From positions 76,012,001 to 76,076,000 of the forward strand of contig NC_042999.1 of NCBI RefSeq assembly GCF_006345805.1: a DNA stretch of 64,000 nt. Reading direction: 5' to 3'. Within the stretch, counting starts at the first letter, position 1. Every line of letters starts with the position of its first letter. The DNA comes from Octopus sinensis (taxonomy: Eukaryota). The notes beneath the pieces were generated by a model, which was given only the letters and a program-made list of their open reading frames with translations, had not been told where the DNA came from and did not search any database. Positions 52,134-64,000 of this stretch are shown piece after piece. The position numbers and the translations under genes are program-made.

Positions 52134-54011
52134 ATATATATATATATACATACATGTATAACTTTAAATGATACTGATGTGTGTGTGAGTGCGTACGTCC
52201 GTTTGTTTGTATGTATGTATGGGTGAAGAGAGGTACATATATATATAAGCATATATATGTCCATAAATAGTGAGAGTGGAGCATATTCTACGAATATGTA
52301 AATAATCTGTTCATCATGCCATTAATCTCAACTAATATCCAAAGTGCTGTTGCTAATCTCAACTCTACAATCTGAGCAGGATTCAATGAAACAACGTTAC
52401 TTCTGATCAAATGTATATTAGACACCATAACGATGATTGTTACCGACAATTTTAGCAGATGTCAGTTGTACATTTAACAAACAAAATATTTATTATGCAA
52501 AAGTTACACATGTAGTGATAATTACAATTTTTGCAACTATTCTCCAATTAGCGGCAGCATTTTAGGAAGAATTCATGGAAAAAAAAAAAACAATACACTA
52601 ATCGATAAGTTACTAAGTATAATATAACTATGGTTACGGAAAAAAACCTCACTAAAATATTTATTGTCGCCTATTACTTCGTGGTAAATTAGCTGACGAT
52701 CTTGATTCTACCTAAACTTTAAGTTGCGTCTGCAATATTCATAGAAATAAGAAAAATTATATAAAGTTCGCTTCAAATTCTATAAGAAAATGTGATCCGA
52801 TTAAGAAGCAATAAAGAAGGTTAAAAAAATAAGTGTGGAACTGTATAATGTGTGGAATACAAAGCTTAGACATGAGTGACATCAGATCTTCAGAATCAAG
52901 TATAGTTTATGACGTTTACCTGGGTTTTATATAGGCTACCTCTAATTATGGTCTATATTAACAATACGCTCCTCTCGTTCCCAGTACTCTAAAATGAAAG
53001 TGACATCAAAATACTTGTTAAATGTCTAAAGAATTAACTAATGTATATTTTATAAAAGCATAATTATCAATCTAGCCAGTATATACAACTATCAGTGCCA
53101 CAGTCAGAGCTCACATTCCTCTGAGCAACAGGCACAAAAAAATCAATGCCCTTGATCATTAAAACAAGAAACAAATATTGCTTAATTTACTCAAACTTGT
53201 TACTGTTGATATCACAACCTAATAATTTATCATAAATATTCCAAATATTAAAAAGAGCACAGTAAAATAATAATTTGGGAAGCGTACAGATAGACGATAT
53301 AATTTTAATCAGTTCGACCATAGTTAATAAAATCATCACAGCTCTAGAATAATGCAAAAATCCCTGTAAAAGCACAAATAATTTTTTCCTCGCTCTAATA
53401 CTACACCTAAATTTTGGTATACTAGTAATTGAAAATGCAAACAAATCGACTAAAGTTCACCAAAAACTATAGAAAATGGCAATAAGTATGGCATTCAAAA
53501 GTAGTCACTTTGAAATACTTATAAACAAATTTGACATTTTAACTAAAAGTGATTTTTTTAAGTGTCTATACCATTTTATTTATATATGACTTCAAAGGCA
53601 ATAAGTTACCAAAATTCTGAAATTTTACTACCTGTTTACTTCATATTTTAGATGAAAGGGAAATATATATGAAACAATAATGAAAGGCAAATATATATTT
53701 AAACATTTTAAAATGATTTTCACAAATATTAGGTAAATATTCCCGAAATATTACATATTTTATTAACAACCATCTGAAATTGCATTTATCATCCTAAGTC
53801 TATTTTGTAATTAAAACTTAACAGCATTTTTGGAAGCGCAAACCACATTTTACTTGACAGGTCAAAACAAAATTTCAGTGCCCTTATTCACTTCTAGTAT
53901 GGCATCTCTAGACAGTTACACTGTAAATGGTTTACCCAGAGCCATTCCGCATTCGTATTTTATAAGTTGTTTCATCTTTTGTGTGATGATGTTAAAACAG
54001 AAATCGAGATT

Positions 54012-54178
54012 TTAAGGCGACACATTTAGAAGCTGACAGTATCTACCAGTTCTTGCATTAAAACTTTCTCTGATGTCGAAGTCTGGAACAAGATCCACCA
54101 TACATAAATAACAATATCTCTCTCTACGTCTTTCAAGTAAGTACAGATAATGTGCTTTGAGACGTTCCCAGTATATAA
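54012..54178 (-). mobile_element. Second CR1/L2-group LINE fragment
   Basis: YWERLKAHYLYLLERRRERY..VPDF..NARTGRYC, same motif block as 46967-47167. Confidence 0.8.
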
Positions 54179-54205
54179 TATAAATCTCTGTTTGTCTGTC
54201 CAGTC

Positions 54206-54237
<32 letters not shown>

Positions 54238-54259
54238 TATATATATATATACATATATA

Positions 54260-54418
54260 GGCGTAGGAGTGGCTGTGTGGTAAGTAGTTTGCTTACGAAC
54301 CACATGGTTCCGGGTTCAGTCCCACTGCTTGGCACCTTGGGTAAGTGCCTTCTACTATAGCCTGGGGCCGACCAAGCCCTGAAAGAAGCCCGTCGTATAT
54401 ATGTACATATATATATAT

Positions 54419-54475
<57 letters not shown>

Positions 54476-54697
54476 TATATATATGTATGTGCGTGTTTGT
54501 GTCTGTGTTTGTCCCCCTAACATCGCTTGACAACCGATGCTGGTGTGTTTACGTCCCCGTAACTTAGCGTAAAAAGAGACCGATAAAATAAGTACTAGGC
54601 TTACAAAGAATAAGTCCTGGGGCCGATTTGATCGACTAAAGGCGGTGCTCCAGCATGGCCACAGTCACATGACTGAAACAAGTAAAAGAGTAAAGAG
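54260..54697 (+). mobile_element. Near full-length tRNA-derived SINE (family B) with internal (TA)n and an L2-like tail
   Basis: A box TGGCTGTGTGG, B box GGTTCAGTCCC, internal (TA)n ~54396-54485, tail GGCGGTGCTCCAGCATGGCCACAGTC..CTGAAACAAGTAAAAGAG. Confidence 0.9.
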
Positions 54698-54758
<61 letters not shown>

Positions 54759-55499
54759 CGACATACACAGAGACAGAGAGAAAGAAAGAGAGAAGGAAGG
54801 AGAGAGAGAGGGGGTGAGAAATATATATATACAGAGAAGTGTATGTATGTTATGTATTAATCAATCAAATTCCAACATATCTTATTTTCAATCTTATACA
54901 AATTTAAAAGTACCGTGGATGTTTATATTGTGGCATTAGTAAACAGCTAAATAATTTTAGTGTACTGACTGGATTGTCCCTTTAGATAAACGCACCGCAA
55001 CCGGTGTGCCACGAGACGATGACAGATGTGCCGCAGTGTAACCGGAATATAATAATCTTCTCCCCTGTGAAATAAGGTTACAGAGCACTGCATTAGACAC
55101 CTTCCGATACGTTCTAGCTGGCTGAAATTTATCCGTCAGCGTGCAGCTGTGACGCTACGGTTTGAATAACGTGGAAACGTAGTCGATACTGAAAACGCCT
55201 ATTCATAGAAGTGTTTTAACCAATCAAAGTCACCGATAGAGAATTCGACTACACTCAGATTTTGAGAAAAATCTGATGCTACAAACAGAAGTTCCACCTT
55301 AAGTACCCTTAAGTATAACTGAATATAAATTAACATTATTGTCGATATTATTACAGTGTTTGAATAACATATTCAAATCAATACTAATATTATTACACAT
55401 TATACTATTGTCCATTCCGAACAGGTATACAATTTTCAATAAAATCATTCTCCCTCACTCTTCTTCTAACTTCACATGAGGCGTAATGTTTGTAAAATG

Positions 55500-56800
55500 G
55501 AAATATTAAAAACGTTCGTTACTGCATAATTTTTAATGATTTCGTAATGGAGTTCTATCGGATATCAAGGTCACTAAGTTCTTGCTGTGTAGTTGCGTGC
55601 GTTCTGAAAATGAATTATCTGACGAGCCAATAAATTTTTGTTCACAATTCGGACACGTTGTGCTACAGATCAGTTTTCTGCTTTTACAGTTCAAATTTAC
55701 ATTTCGGATTATGATTCTTCTGGTTTTTCTTTTGATATACTGACTGGCTTGTACAGTATTGTAATACAATGTTCGACTTTCCATTTGGATACCATGAATG
55801 TTTTATCATTGTTATGTAGGACAAACCTTACCTTTGTAAACAAATGCTTAATGATTTTCTGTTGTCTTTTACTTTGAAAGACTGTTCTAGCAGTTACAAA
55901 ATCTTTTAGCTCATTATTTTGTCTGATGAAATGCATGTTTGATTTGGTGACGTTAAAAATGTTCTGGTAAGATTGCATGATATTTTTCTGGTCTTGTCTT
56001 TTCCTTGTCTTTCTGTGAGTTATTCTATAGATATTTGATTTGCACGTTGTATACTCTCTTGCATATGTAGAGGTGAATATTCTAGTTTGAGAAGAAACAC
56101 CTCGAGGTTGTCTTTGGTATATACATCATGAACAACAGCACAAATCTTCTCGGCTAAACAGTATGGGTGTTACATTAAGTAAGCACTGGATATCATGGAT
56201 TCAAGTATAGTCACTGATGTTTATTTGGCTCATTAGAATACATATCCTCTATGATGTTGATTTTTAATATTTAATTATCATTATAACGAAAAATATTAAT
56301 TTTCTATTGCTCAATTCCTTTGCAAATTTCAGAGTTGAAAGTAGAGTGTTCAGACGAATGTTGAAGTCTTCTAAAATGACTACGTCTAAATTAGTAAACA
56401 ATCATCAGGATAAATTTCCCATGCACTCAATATCTTCTAAAATCAGAGCTTTAGCTTTCTTCAACTGTTTGATACAAGTTTTTGTTCAAAGCATCGCATT
56501 ACTAAGTTTGTAAAACTGGAGCAAAAGTGGTTCCCATGTTGATCCCTCTAATTTGAAGATGATATTTTCAAATATGAAAATTGAATGCATTGTTTTCTGG
56601 TGTAAGGCTGACTACTCTATGGTGAATCTGCAGGGAATCGCCTCTCTGTGTTTTGACTCAATATTTGATTGCCCATATTCCTAAATTGTGTGAAATACAT
56701 CAAACCTAGCAAAGAATACATTTGATTCTGCTTTTGAGGGTTTGACAAGTCGGGGCATCAATACCACCCGAATAAAACTCGGTATAAGGGTGCATGGTAA
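55500..56800 (-). mobile_element. Decayed Penelope-like element (RT + GIY-YIG endonuclease)
   Basis: RT: QIRGINMGTTFAP (56520-56560), YPDD (~56405); linker SKRQQK; GIY-YIG: NCKSRKLICSTTCPNCEQKFIG..FSERTQLH (55580-55700). Confidence 0.85.
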
Positions 56801-56932
56801 TTTCAAAATGTCAATAAAATGCTTATGCAATGACTAGAATATTCCGGACTAGTTATGATATAGGAATTTAGAAAGGGTGTGAAAGCACTTTACAAATATG
56901 TGTATGTGTGTATGTATGTATGTATATATATA

Positions 56933-56999
<67 letters not shown>

Positions 57000-57146
57000 A
57001 ATACATACATACATACATACATGCATGCATATGCGTTGAATCCACTCCTGTTAGCAAGTAATACAAATAAATATACAACAATATATACACTCACACTGTG
57101 AATAATCTAACTATGTACTGATGCACACACACATACACACACACAC

Positions 57147-57202
<56 letters not shown>

Positions 57203-58279
57203 ATATACATACATACATGCATACAGATATACGTACGTACATACATATACGTGTGCGTGCACGCGTGTGTGTGTCCGCGTGCGTCATTTAACGCAGCATG
57301 AAATGGAAATCGCATTTGTTCAGGTGTATTATAGATAATGAATCAATAAGCACCTATCTGCGTATCTTACAAGTATTTTCACCTCTCTCTCTCTTTCGTA
57401 ATCTATCTTTCTTATCCACTATCATGTATTAGCACCATCACCACCGCCATCATCACCACCACCAACAACAACAACAGACACGTTTCTCGTTGTAGATCAC
57501 ATTTATTTTTATACGAAAAGTTGACTGCTTGATTGAAACCATATTTTGAACTTATTTTTCCGATTCACAAAAGAAACCAGAATAAGCTAAAAACCTGAAA
57601 AGATCAACAAACAACAAATATAAGCATAAACAAATTATAAAATATTTCCTAAGTGAGTTAGCATTCTTATATTTTTACCTACATTTCTATTTTGTTTGTG
57701 TTGTTTTGAACATATGATATTGTAATAATGAACTTCAACGCAATTATCACTTCAAAAAAAAAAGGCAATACAAAATAAGTTACTTTTATCAGAGCAGCCA
57801 AGTCGATAATTATCTACCATTTTCTGTTTCATCTATGAATCATCACAACTCTATCAGTTAACCTAAATGTCGAGATTACAACTGCTGATTATACACGTAT
57901 GCCCTATATCAATGTATATGTCTATCACTATTATATGTCTATATGTCTATCACTATTAGCTTTGTTTTCTGTTTGGTTTTGATTTCTTTCTCACTTATCT
58001 CCTATATATATACAAACATATAATATATGACACACACACACACACACACACACAAATATAGAGAGAGAGAGAGAGAGATAGATAAATTGATACATATATA
58101 TATATATGTGTGTGTATGTATGTTATCAGTATACAATGTATAATTATAGGTGAATATGTCTATATATATATATATACACATGTGTGTGCATGTATATACA
58201 TATTGTACAATTATTGGCGACCATCTTTATATATGTATATAAAAGACAATTTAAGATCATCAAAGAGAAGAACTTAACT

Positions 58280-58435
58280 GCAGCTCTTGGTGGTCCAAAG
58301 CAGATATGCAATTTATGTGGGTGCCTCTTCAAAACGTTGCCTAGTTTATAAAGCCACATCAGGCGCCATGATAGATTTAAGGTGTAAGTACGAGAGGTGG
58401 CCAGACTCTGCATAAGAAGTAGACAACAACCACCA
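58280..58435 (+). mobile_element. Probable RTE-clade LINE 3' tip (C2H2 finger + short 3'UTR)
   Basis: ICNLCGCLFKTLPSL*SHIRRH from 58304, resembling the RTE C-terminal finger, followed by a TACAT-type tail. Confidence 0.5.
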
Positions 58436-59290
58436 TACATATACATAAGTATAATTTCAGAGTGATCCACCTGCTACTTCTATTAAATCTGATCCTCATG
58501 TGGAATCTCAATCGTTCGTCCATGTATATCACCTTAAACACAATGTGTACAAGTGTGCTTAATTACTACCTAAATACCTTCAAATACAAAAGCAAAATAG
58601 CTGACTTGGTCTGACAATCAGGATTTTAACCTCGATTACTACCCACGTCAAACTGTGTTCTCTTTCTATGATTTAATAATGCCACACTTACACCTTATTT
58701 CCCTGGATCTTTCAATAACTGTACGCTCTCCAAGCCTCAGCAGGTCATATTCCTCCTCACTGCGACTAAAACTGCATAAAACCCGTATTATTATCTTTCA
58801 TGAGCTCGAGATGAAATTTTAATTTCTCTTCAGTTCACACAGTTATGTCTTTTCTCACAAGTCTGCGAAGGATCGTGAATTTCCATGTAGCAATATATGA
58901 TAAAATGCACGTCCTAAAATCGCCTTCCCAGTACTATTAGCCACATAACGACTTTCTTGATAGTGAACTGGCAGAATTGTAAGAGCGCCTTAAACATGTA
59001 TTGCGATATTTGAACGATCTTTTTCAATTTTGAGTTCTAATCCGATCGAGGTCAACTTTAGTTTTCAACCTACCGGGATCGAAAAAGTAAGGAAATCGGC
59101 GATGCACACTAACCTCCACCCATCAGAAATGCTAGCCATTTTTTTTTATTTCAAAGCCAGTATATTTTATAATAGAAAATTCTATTCAGTGGCAGTTAAA
59201 CCAAAATTATGCATATGTGATAATAAATGTTTCATTACTAATATAAATATAAGACTTTTAATCTACATAGTGTTGTGAAAGTTTTGTGAG

Positions 59291-59349
59291 ATTGTTGAGT
59301 TTCCTACTGTCTTTAGGTTAGATCTAAAGACAGTAAGAAACTCAACAAT
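59291..59349. other. 59-nt near-perfect hairpin (26-bp stem, 7-nt loop)
   Basis: ATTGTTGAGTTTCCTACTGTCTTTAG-gttagat-CTAAAGACAGTAAGAAACTCAACAAT, one mismatch. Confidence 0.9.
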
Positions 59350-59589
59350 GAAAGGCCTTTAATTCACCCTATTTACATATGTGCGAAGTTACAACCCTAA
59401 CATATTGATATCTTCTATAAGGGAAAGTTTATTTAGTGCTTCAGCAATAGTGGTAGGAAAATAATGCATTTATGTATATTATCTAATTTGCTGATCGATT
59501 CGGAAAAGGTTAAGCTTTTAAGTACGAAAAGTACGAAACCTGCTGTTTCAATTTCTGATTGAATCTAAGCTATTCTATTTTCAATATTG

Positions 59590-59985
59590 TTCTTTAATTT
59601 TGGCATAAGGTCAGGAACTTCGGGGGAGGGGTTATTCGATTACATCGACATCAACATTTTAACCTTAAGTAACTACCAGTTGAGCGTTTGGTCGATGCAA
59701 TCAACTCCCACCCTTCCCCGAACTTGCTAGTCCTCTGCCAAAATTTGAAACCAATATTAATATACTATATTATATAAGGAGGTAAGATGGCAATCGCTGT
59801 GGACAAAATGCTTAGCGGCATTTCTTCCGACTCTATATTCTGAGTTCAAATGACAAGTCGACTCTGCCTTTCACTTTTTAGGTCGATGAAATAAGTACCA
59901 GTTGAGGGATCGATGTAATCGACCTACCCACTCTCCCCAAATTTGCTGGCCTTGTGCATAAAAATTTGAAACCAATTTTGTTATA
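59590..59985. mobile_element. Cluster of SINE A copies: two inverted 3' fragments (59590-59760) and a degenerate full copy (59777-59985); another at 58966-59095
   Basis: GTCGATGTAATCGA core ends, TGCTGGCCTTGTGC.AAAATTTGAAACC tails and GAGTTCAAAT B boxes. Confidence 0.7.
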
Positions 59986-60239
59986 AATTAATATATTACT
60001 GAATTACTAAATGATTTATTGTAAAACTAATGAAGCCAATAGCAGCACAGTTTTAGTCCTCTTCAAATACTGGACTTTGAAAGAAAGTATATAATATCTA
60101 TGAATAATATGCTTCAACCAAAACTCATTAGAGATACAATGGTGTCAATGAGAGTGAAGAGGCAATTCTTAAGGTTCAGTATCTTTTCAAGGCATTAATA
60201 AAGTAACAGAATAAGTACGGTGTATAGAGTGTAAACTGT

Positions 60240-60481
60240 GGAGGCGCGTAGCTTAGTGTCAGAACCATGATCGTAAGATTGTGGTTTCGATTCCTGGATG
60301 GGCGACGCGTTGTGTTCTTGGGCAAAACACTTTCACGTTGCTCCAGTCCACTCAGCTGGCTAAATGAGTAACGCAGCGATGGACTGGCGTCCCGTCCAGC
60401 TGGGGAACACATACGCCATAAAAACCGGGAAAACGGTCCCATGAGCCTGGCTAGGCTTTAAAAGGGCGCATTTATTTATTT
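60240..60481 (+). mobile_element. tRNA-derived SINE (family D) with a CORE-like segment and a V-domain-like segment
   Basis: Head GGAGGCGCGTAGCTTAGTG, B box GGTTTCGATTCC (60283-94), TTGTGTTCTTGGGCAAAACACTT, then GCGATGGACTGGCGTCCCGTCCAG (recalled V-SINE-type motif), TTTA tail. Confidence 0.7.
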
Positions 60482-60932
60482 TATATAGTGTAAACTAGAT
60501 TTAAGTGTTTTTTTGTTTAAGAAACATTTTTATTCTTTTAATCAAACGCATTCAGTCAAAATATGTTATTAAATACGTGTTTAACAACATGCATATCATA
60601 CGTTAGTAGGATACGGGAAAATATACATGTTCTTAAAGTATTTTCAAGAACTTTGACTTCAAACTAAAGTTTTAGTATAGTCATACTTTCCAAACCAAAT
60701 GTTAGCATTACTGCAAACAGAGCTGTTACGACTAAATACAGGAACTGTTATGTGGCATCCGGATACCGAGCACCGGTTAACATTAACATGCTTCATACAA
60801 AAACAACCACAATTAAAACAAATATGTTCGGATAATTTCATGAAAACACCCGCTTCATTCTAAAAGCTTTTAGTCTTGAGATTGAGGTAACCTTAAGAAT
60901 ATTTGCTTGCTTTCTACCAGAATTAAACACAT

Positions 60933-60977
<45 letters not shown>

Positions 60978-61717
60978 GTGCTGTGTATCTATAAGTGTGT
61001 ATGAGCTGATACGGATACATACATACATACATACATACATACATACATACATACATAATACTCCAAGAGAACTAAATGTTAACTTATAATATGGTGATTA
61101 CTCTCCAATATGTCTTGAGTTGGATAATAGCATTCTTCGTGGCATTTACATACATTTACAGCATTTCACACAGAATGTGACGGTTTTCCAATTTATATCT
61201 TGAAAATGGCAAACCACAGCCGAAGCACATTTATATAAATGACTTCTTAATCCGGCCTAAAGCCCCCCACTTGTGTAGGAAGGTTTATAGTTGATAGAGT
61301 CAATGTCCAGTATATGACCGGTATATTTTGTTTGAAGATGATTTATAACATTTTCTTTCTAAAAATATTCCAAAGATATTAAATACTTAACTTATGCAAT
61401 ATATGTTGGCAAGACACTTACATCATGACAATTTTGTACAGTTTCTATAAAGAGAGACATAACCAAATATTGGAACTGGCAAAACACGACAGTTTTATTA
61501 ATTGTCTCTTATTAATGATCACTGAAAATTATTCATGATCATTGAAGTTAAAGAAAAAAACTTCTTCAGTCTATACAGAAAAGTAGTGTTGAGTGAAACG
61601 GCTTCAAATAATTCTCAGAATAAAAAAAAGAAAAAAAAAGACGATCTTATTTATTGCTTCCTGTAATAAATTATGCATCAATGAAACTACTTTATACACC
61701 TTTTAATATTCTCTCTT

Positions 61718-61719
<2 letters not shown>

Positions 61720-61766
<47 letters not shown>

Positions 61767-61779
61767 CACACATATGTAC

Positions 61780-61847
<68 letters not shown>

Positions 61848-61872
61848 CACACATATGTACGTATGTGTATAT

Positions 61873-61903
<31 letters not shown>

Positions 61904-61904
61904 C

Positions 61905-61967
<63 letters not shown>

Positions 61968-62028
61968 TATATATATATATATATATATGTATAATATATA
62001 TATATATATATATATATTATTATATATG

Positions 62029-62099
<71 letters not shown>

Positions 62100-62187
62100 T
62101 ATGTATGCATATATGTATATTTAGATTATCTATATATGTATATATATATATATGCGTATGTATGCATATATGTATATTTAGATTATC

Positions 62188-62248
<61 letters not shown>

Positions 62249-62282
62249 TATAAATATATGTATATATATGTAGATTATACAT

Positions 62283-62314
<32 letters not shown>

Positions 62315-62315
62315 A
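61720..62315. repeat. ~600-bp compound (TA)n microsatellite with duplicated interruption blocks
   Basis: TTATACACACATATGTACGTATGTG occurs twice and TGCGTATGTATGCATATATGTATATTTAGATTATCT-like blocks twice within (TA)n. Many other TA, CA, GA, TAA, CAT, TAG, GATA and TATG tracts occur across the window. Confidence 0.95.
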
Positions 62316-63692
62316 GGTCTTCGGAATGTAAATTAAATTCATACTAAATCGTTATAATATTGTTTTGGTGAAATATATTTTTACTTTTATGGTAGTTGTC
62401 AACAATTATTGACAATAAAGTTACTTCATATTTCAAAGTATTAATAACGAGAGGCACTTTAGCGAAACCACAAGACTGAAGATTATTATTATTATTGTTG
62501 TTGTCGTTGTTGTTATTATTATTATCATCGTTATTATTATGATATTTGTTGTTATTGCTGTTCTTCTTCTTCCTCTCTTCCTCCTACTCCTCCTTATCAT
62601 CATCATCATCATCATCATCATTCTTATTGTTGTTACTGTTAAGTTTTAACATGATTGTAGAAGGCTGAAAGTGTACGGGGTCAAATGAAATGTCTGCCAT
62701 TCGATCAGGTTCAAATGCCGTTTGGAAGGGAAACCAAGATATATATATGCAGCAATAAAATTATATAATAAGAACTAGTCGTATAGGGAAACTGGTTCAT
62801 TACCTAAACCCTCACTGCACAGAGTAATCAGTGATGAGGATTTACAACGCTTGCATGCACACACACACACAGAGACACACGAACACGCATACATACATAC
62901 ATAAACGTGCTCGCGTGCATTCGTGTGTGCGCGCGTATTAGGTCTGTTTGCGTTTGATAAGTCTAAACAAATCTTTTATTTAAACTTGGAATTATTTAAA
63001 GAACCTTTGATTTTAATTTCTGGTTGTTGTATCTCCTAACCAATGAATCCTGATCTGGTCCGTCACAAACAAGCGAAGTTCTTTCTGTTTTTGTCCTACC
63101 GATAAATGAGAATTTCATATGTCAATATATCATAAGGTCGATGACAGACGTATCACGTCGGTTTTAATTAAATTCTCTTCACTTAACCACTAGCGTGTAA
63201 TGGATTTCAGTCTACAGTAAATATAGATTTTGAACTCCTAGTGGCATTTAAAAGATTGCCTTCATGAAGTCTTGCACATGACTTTTAGAGAACCCGTAGG
63301 TGTGTATCTATAAAGATTGCAGGGTAAAATAATTCCGCTCAAGTGGTTTGTTGTTCCGTATTCTAGTCTCATTGAGGGTTTTAACTCCGTAATGCAGGGA
63401 ACGTATGTTAGTGTTCTTGGTGCATAAAATTTAGAGCTGTGAGAAATAATTAACCATATGTTTTTATGTTGAGAAGCGACGATAATCATATTTAAACCAT
63501 GGGGCTTTATTTCAGAGCAACGATAAGATTTAAATATATTTGAATACTTTCACATTGGATACGTGTCGAATGTTTTGTTCAAATATAAAACGTTATAATA
63601 CAGTTCTATATATTAAGAGATGAGGAATTATGAACATTACTTATATTAATTACATTTGACGGCGGATATTTGTCCTCATCTTGTTTGTTGTT

Positions 63693-63738
63693 AACACAAC
63701 GTTTCGGTTGATATACCTTCCAGCCTTTATCAGGTGTC
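63693..63738 (-). ncRNA. Minimal Penelope-type hammerhead ribozyme, core mutated (probably inactive)
   Basis: Minus strand GACAC-CTGATAA-A-GGCTG(gaaggtatat)CAACC-GAAAC-GTT-GTGTT: stem I GACAC/GTGTT, palindromic stem III AACGTT, CUGAUGA>CUGAUAA, one stem II mismatch. Confidence 0.65.
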
Positions 63739-63822
63739 TTGGGGAATTTTCGAACCTGAGTTCTCATTCCGAGGGTATTTTTCGATGTTGTTACTATTAT
63801 TGCTATTATTATTATTATTATT

Positions 63823-64000
63823 CAGTAGTTTTATTTTTATAGCGTGCTTTCACTTCGCTACCGAGTGCAGCTCTGTGTGCCTTGGGTATGTGCTGTGATT
63901 TGTTGTGATGCTCTGATGGTTATTGAATGGAAAGTGTTCTGTGTAGGATGTGTGCAGTGCCTATTAGTGCAATTTTCTGTATGTTATATGTGTTTGTAAG
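63823..64000 (-). mobile_element. 3' end of an R4/Dong-type element ending at (TAA)n; continues beyond the window
   Basis: Minus strand YNIQKIALIGTAHILHRTLSIQ* then a ~95-nt 3'UTR and AATAATAAT. Confidence 0.8.

Noticed and set aside
60659-60841. Cys-rich 60-aa ORF as a host exon
   Set aside because: No recognisable domain, no convincing splice context and no neighbouring exons.

Overview
AT-rich animal genomic DNA with dense (TA)n/(CA)n/(TAA)n microsatellites and no recognisable host gene or exon; most short ORFs in the track are microsatellite artefacts. The repeat families look like Octopus/cephalopod (my recollection, not checkable here). Contents: (1) a full-length Tx1/L1-clade LINE (3972-9039) with a perfect 14-bp TSD, whose ORFs are broken only by six single-base indels; (2) a same-strand nest of about six R4/Dong-type (RT + restriction-like endonuclease) fossils next to (TAA)n tracts (14.5-22.4 kb), plus more at 36-38 kb and 64 kb; (3) four tRNA-derived SINE families; (4) Penelope, CR1/L2, RTE and mariner remnants. 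Best candidates for novelty: a ~390-bp palindrome with two back-to-back hammerhead ribozymes, one with an intact core (31759-32148); and a 184-bp SINE module whose 3' tail matches the Tx1 LINE 3' end and which occurs alone and, at three loci, at one fixed position inside its parent SINE.
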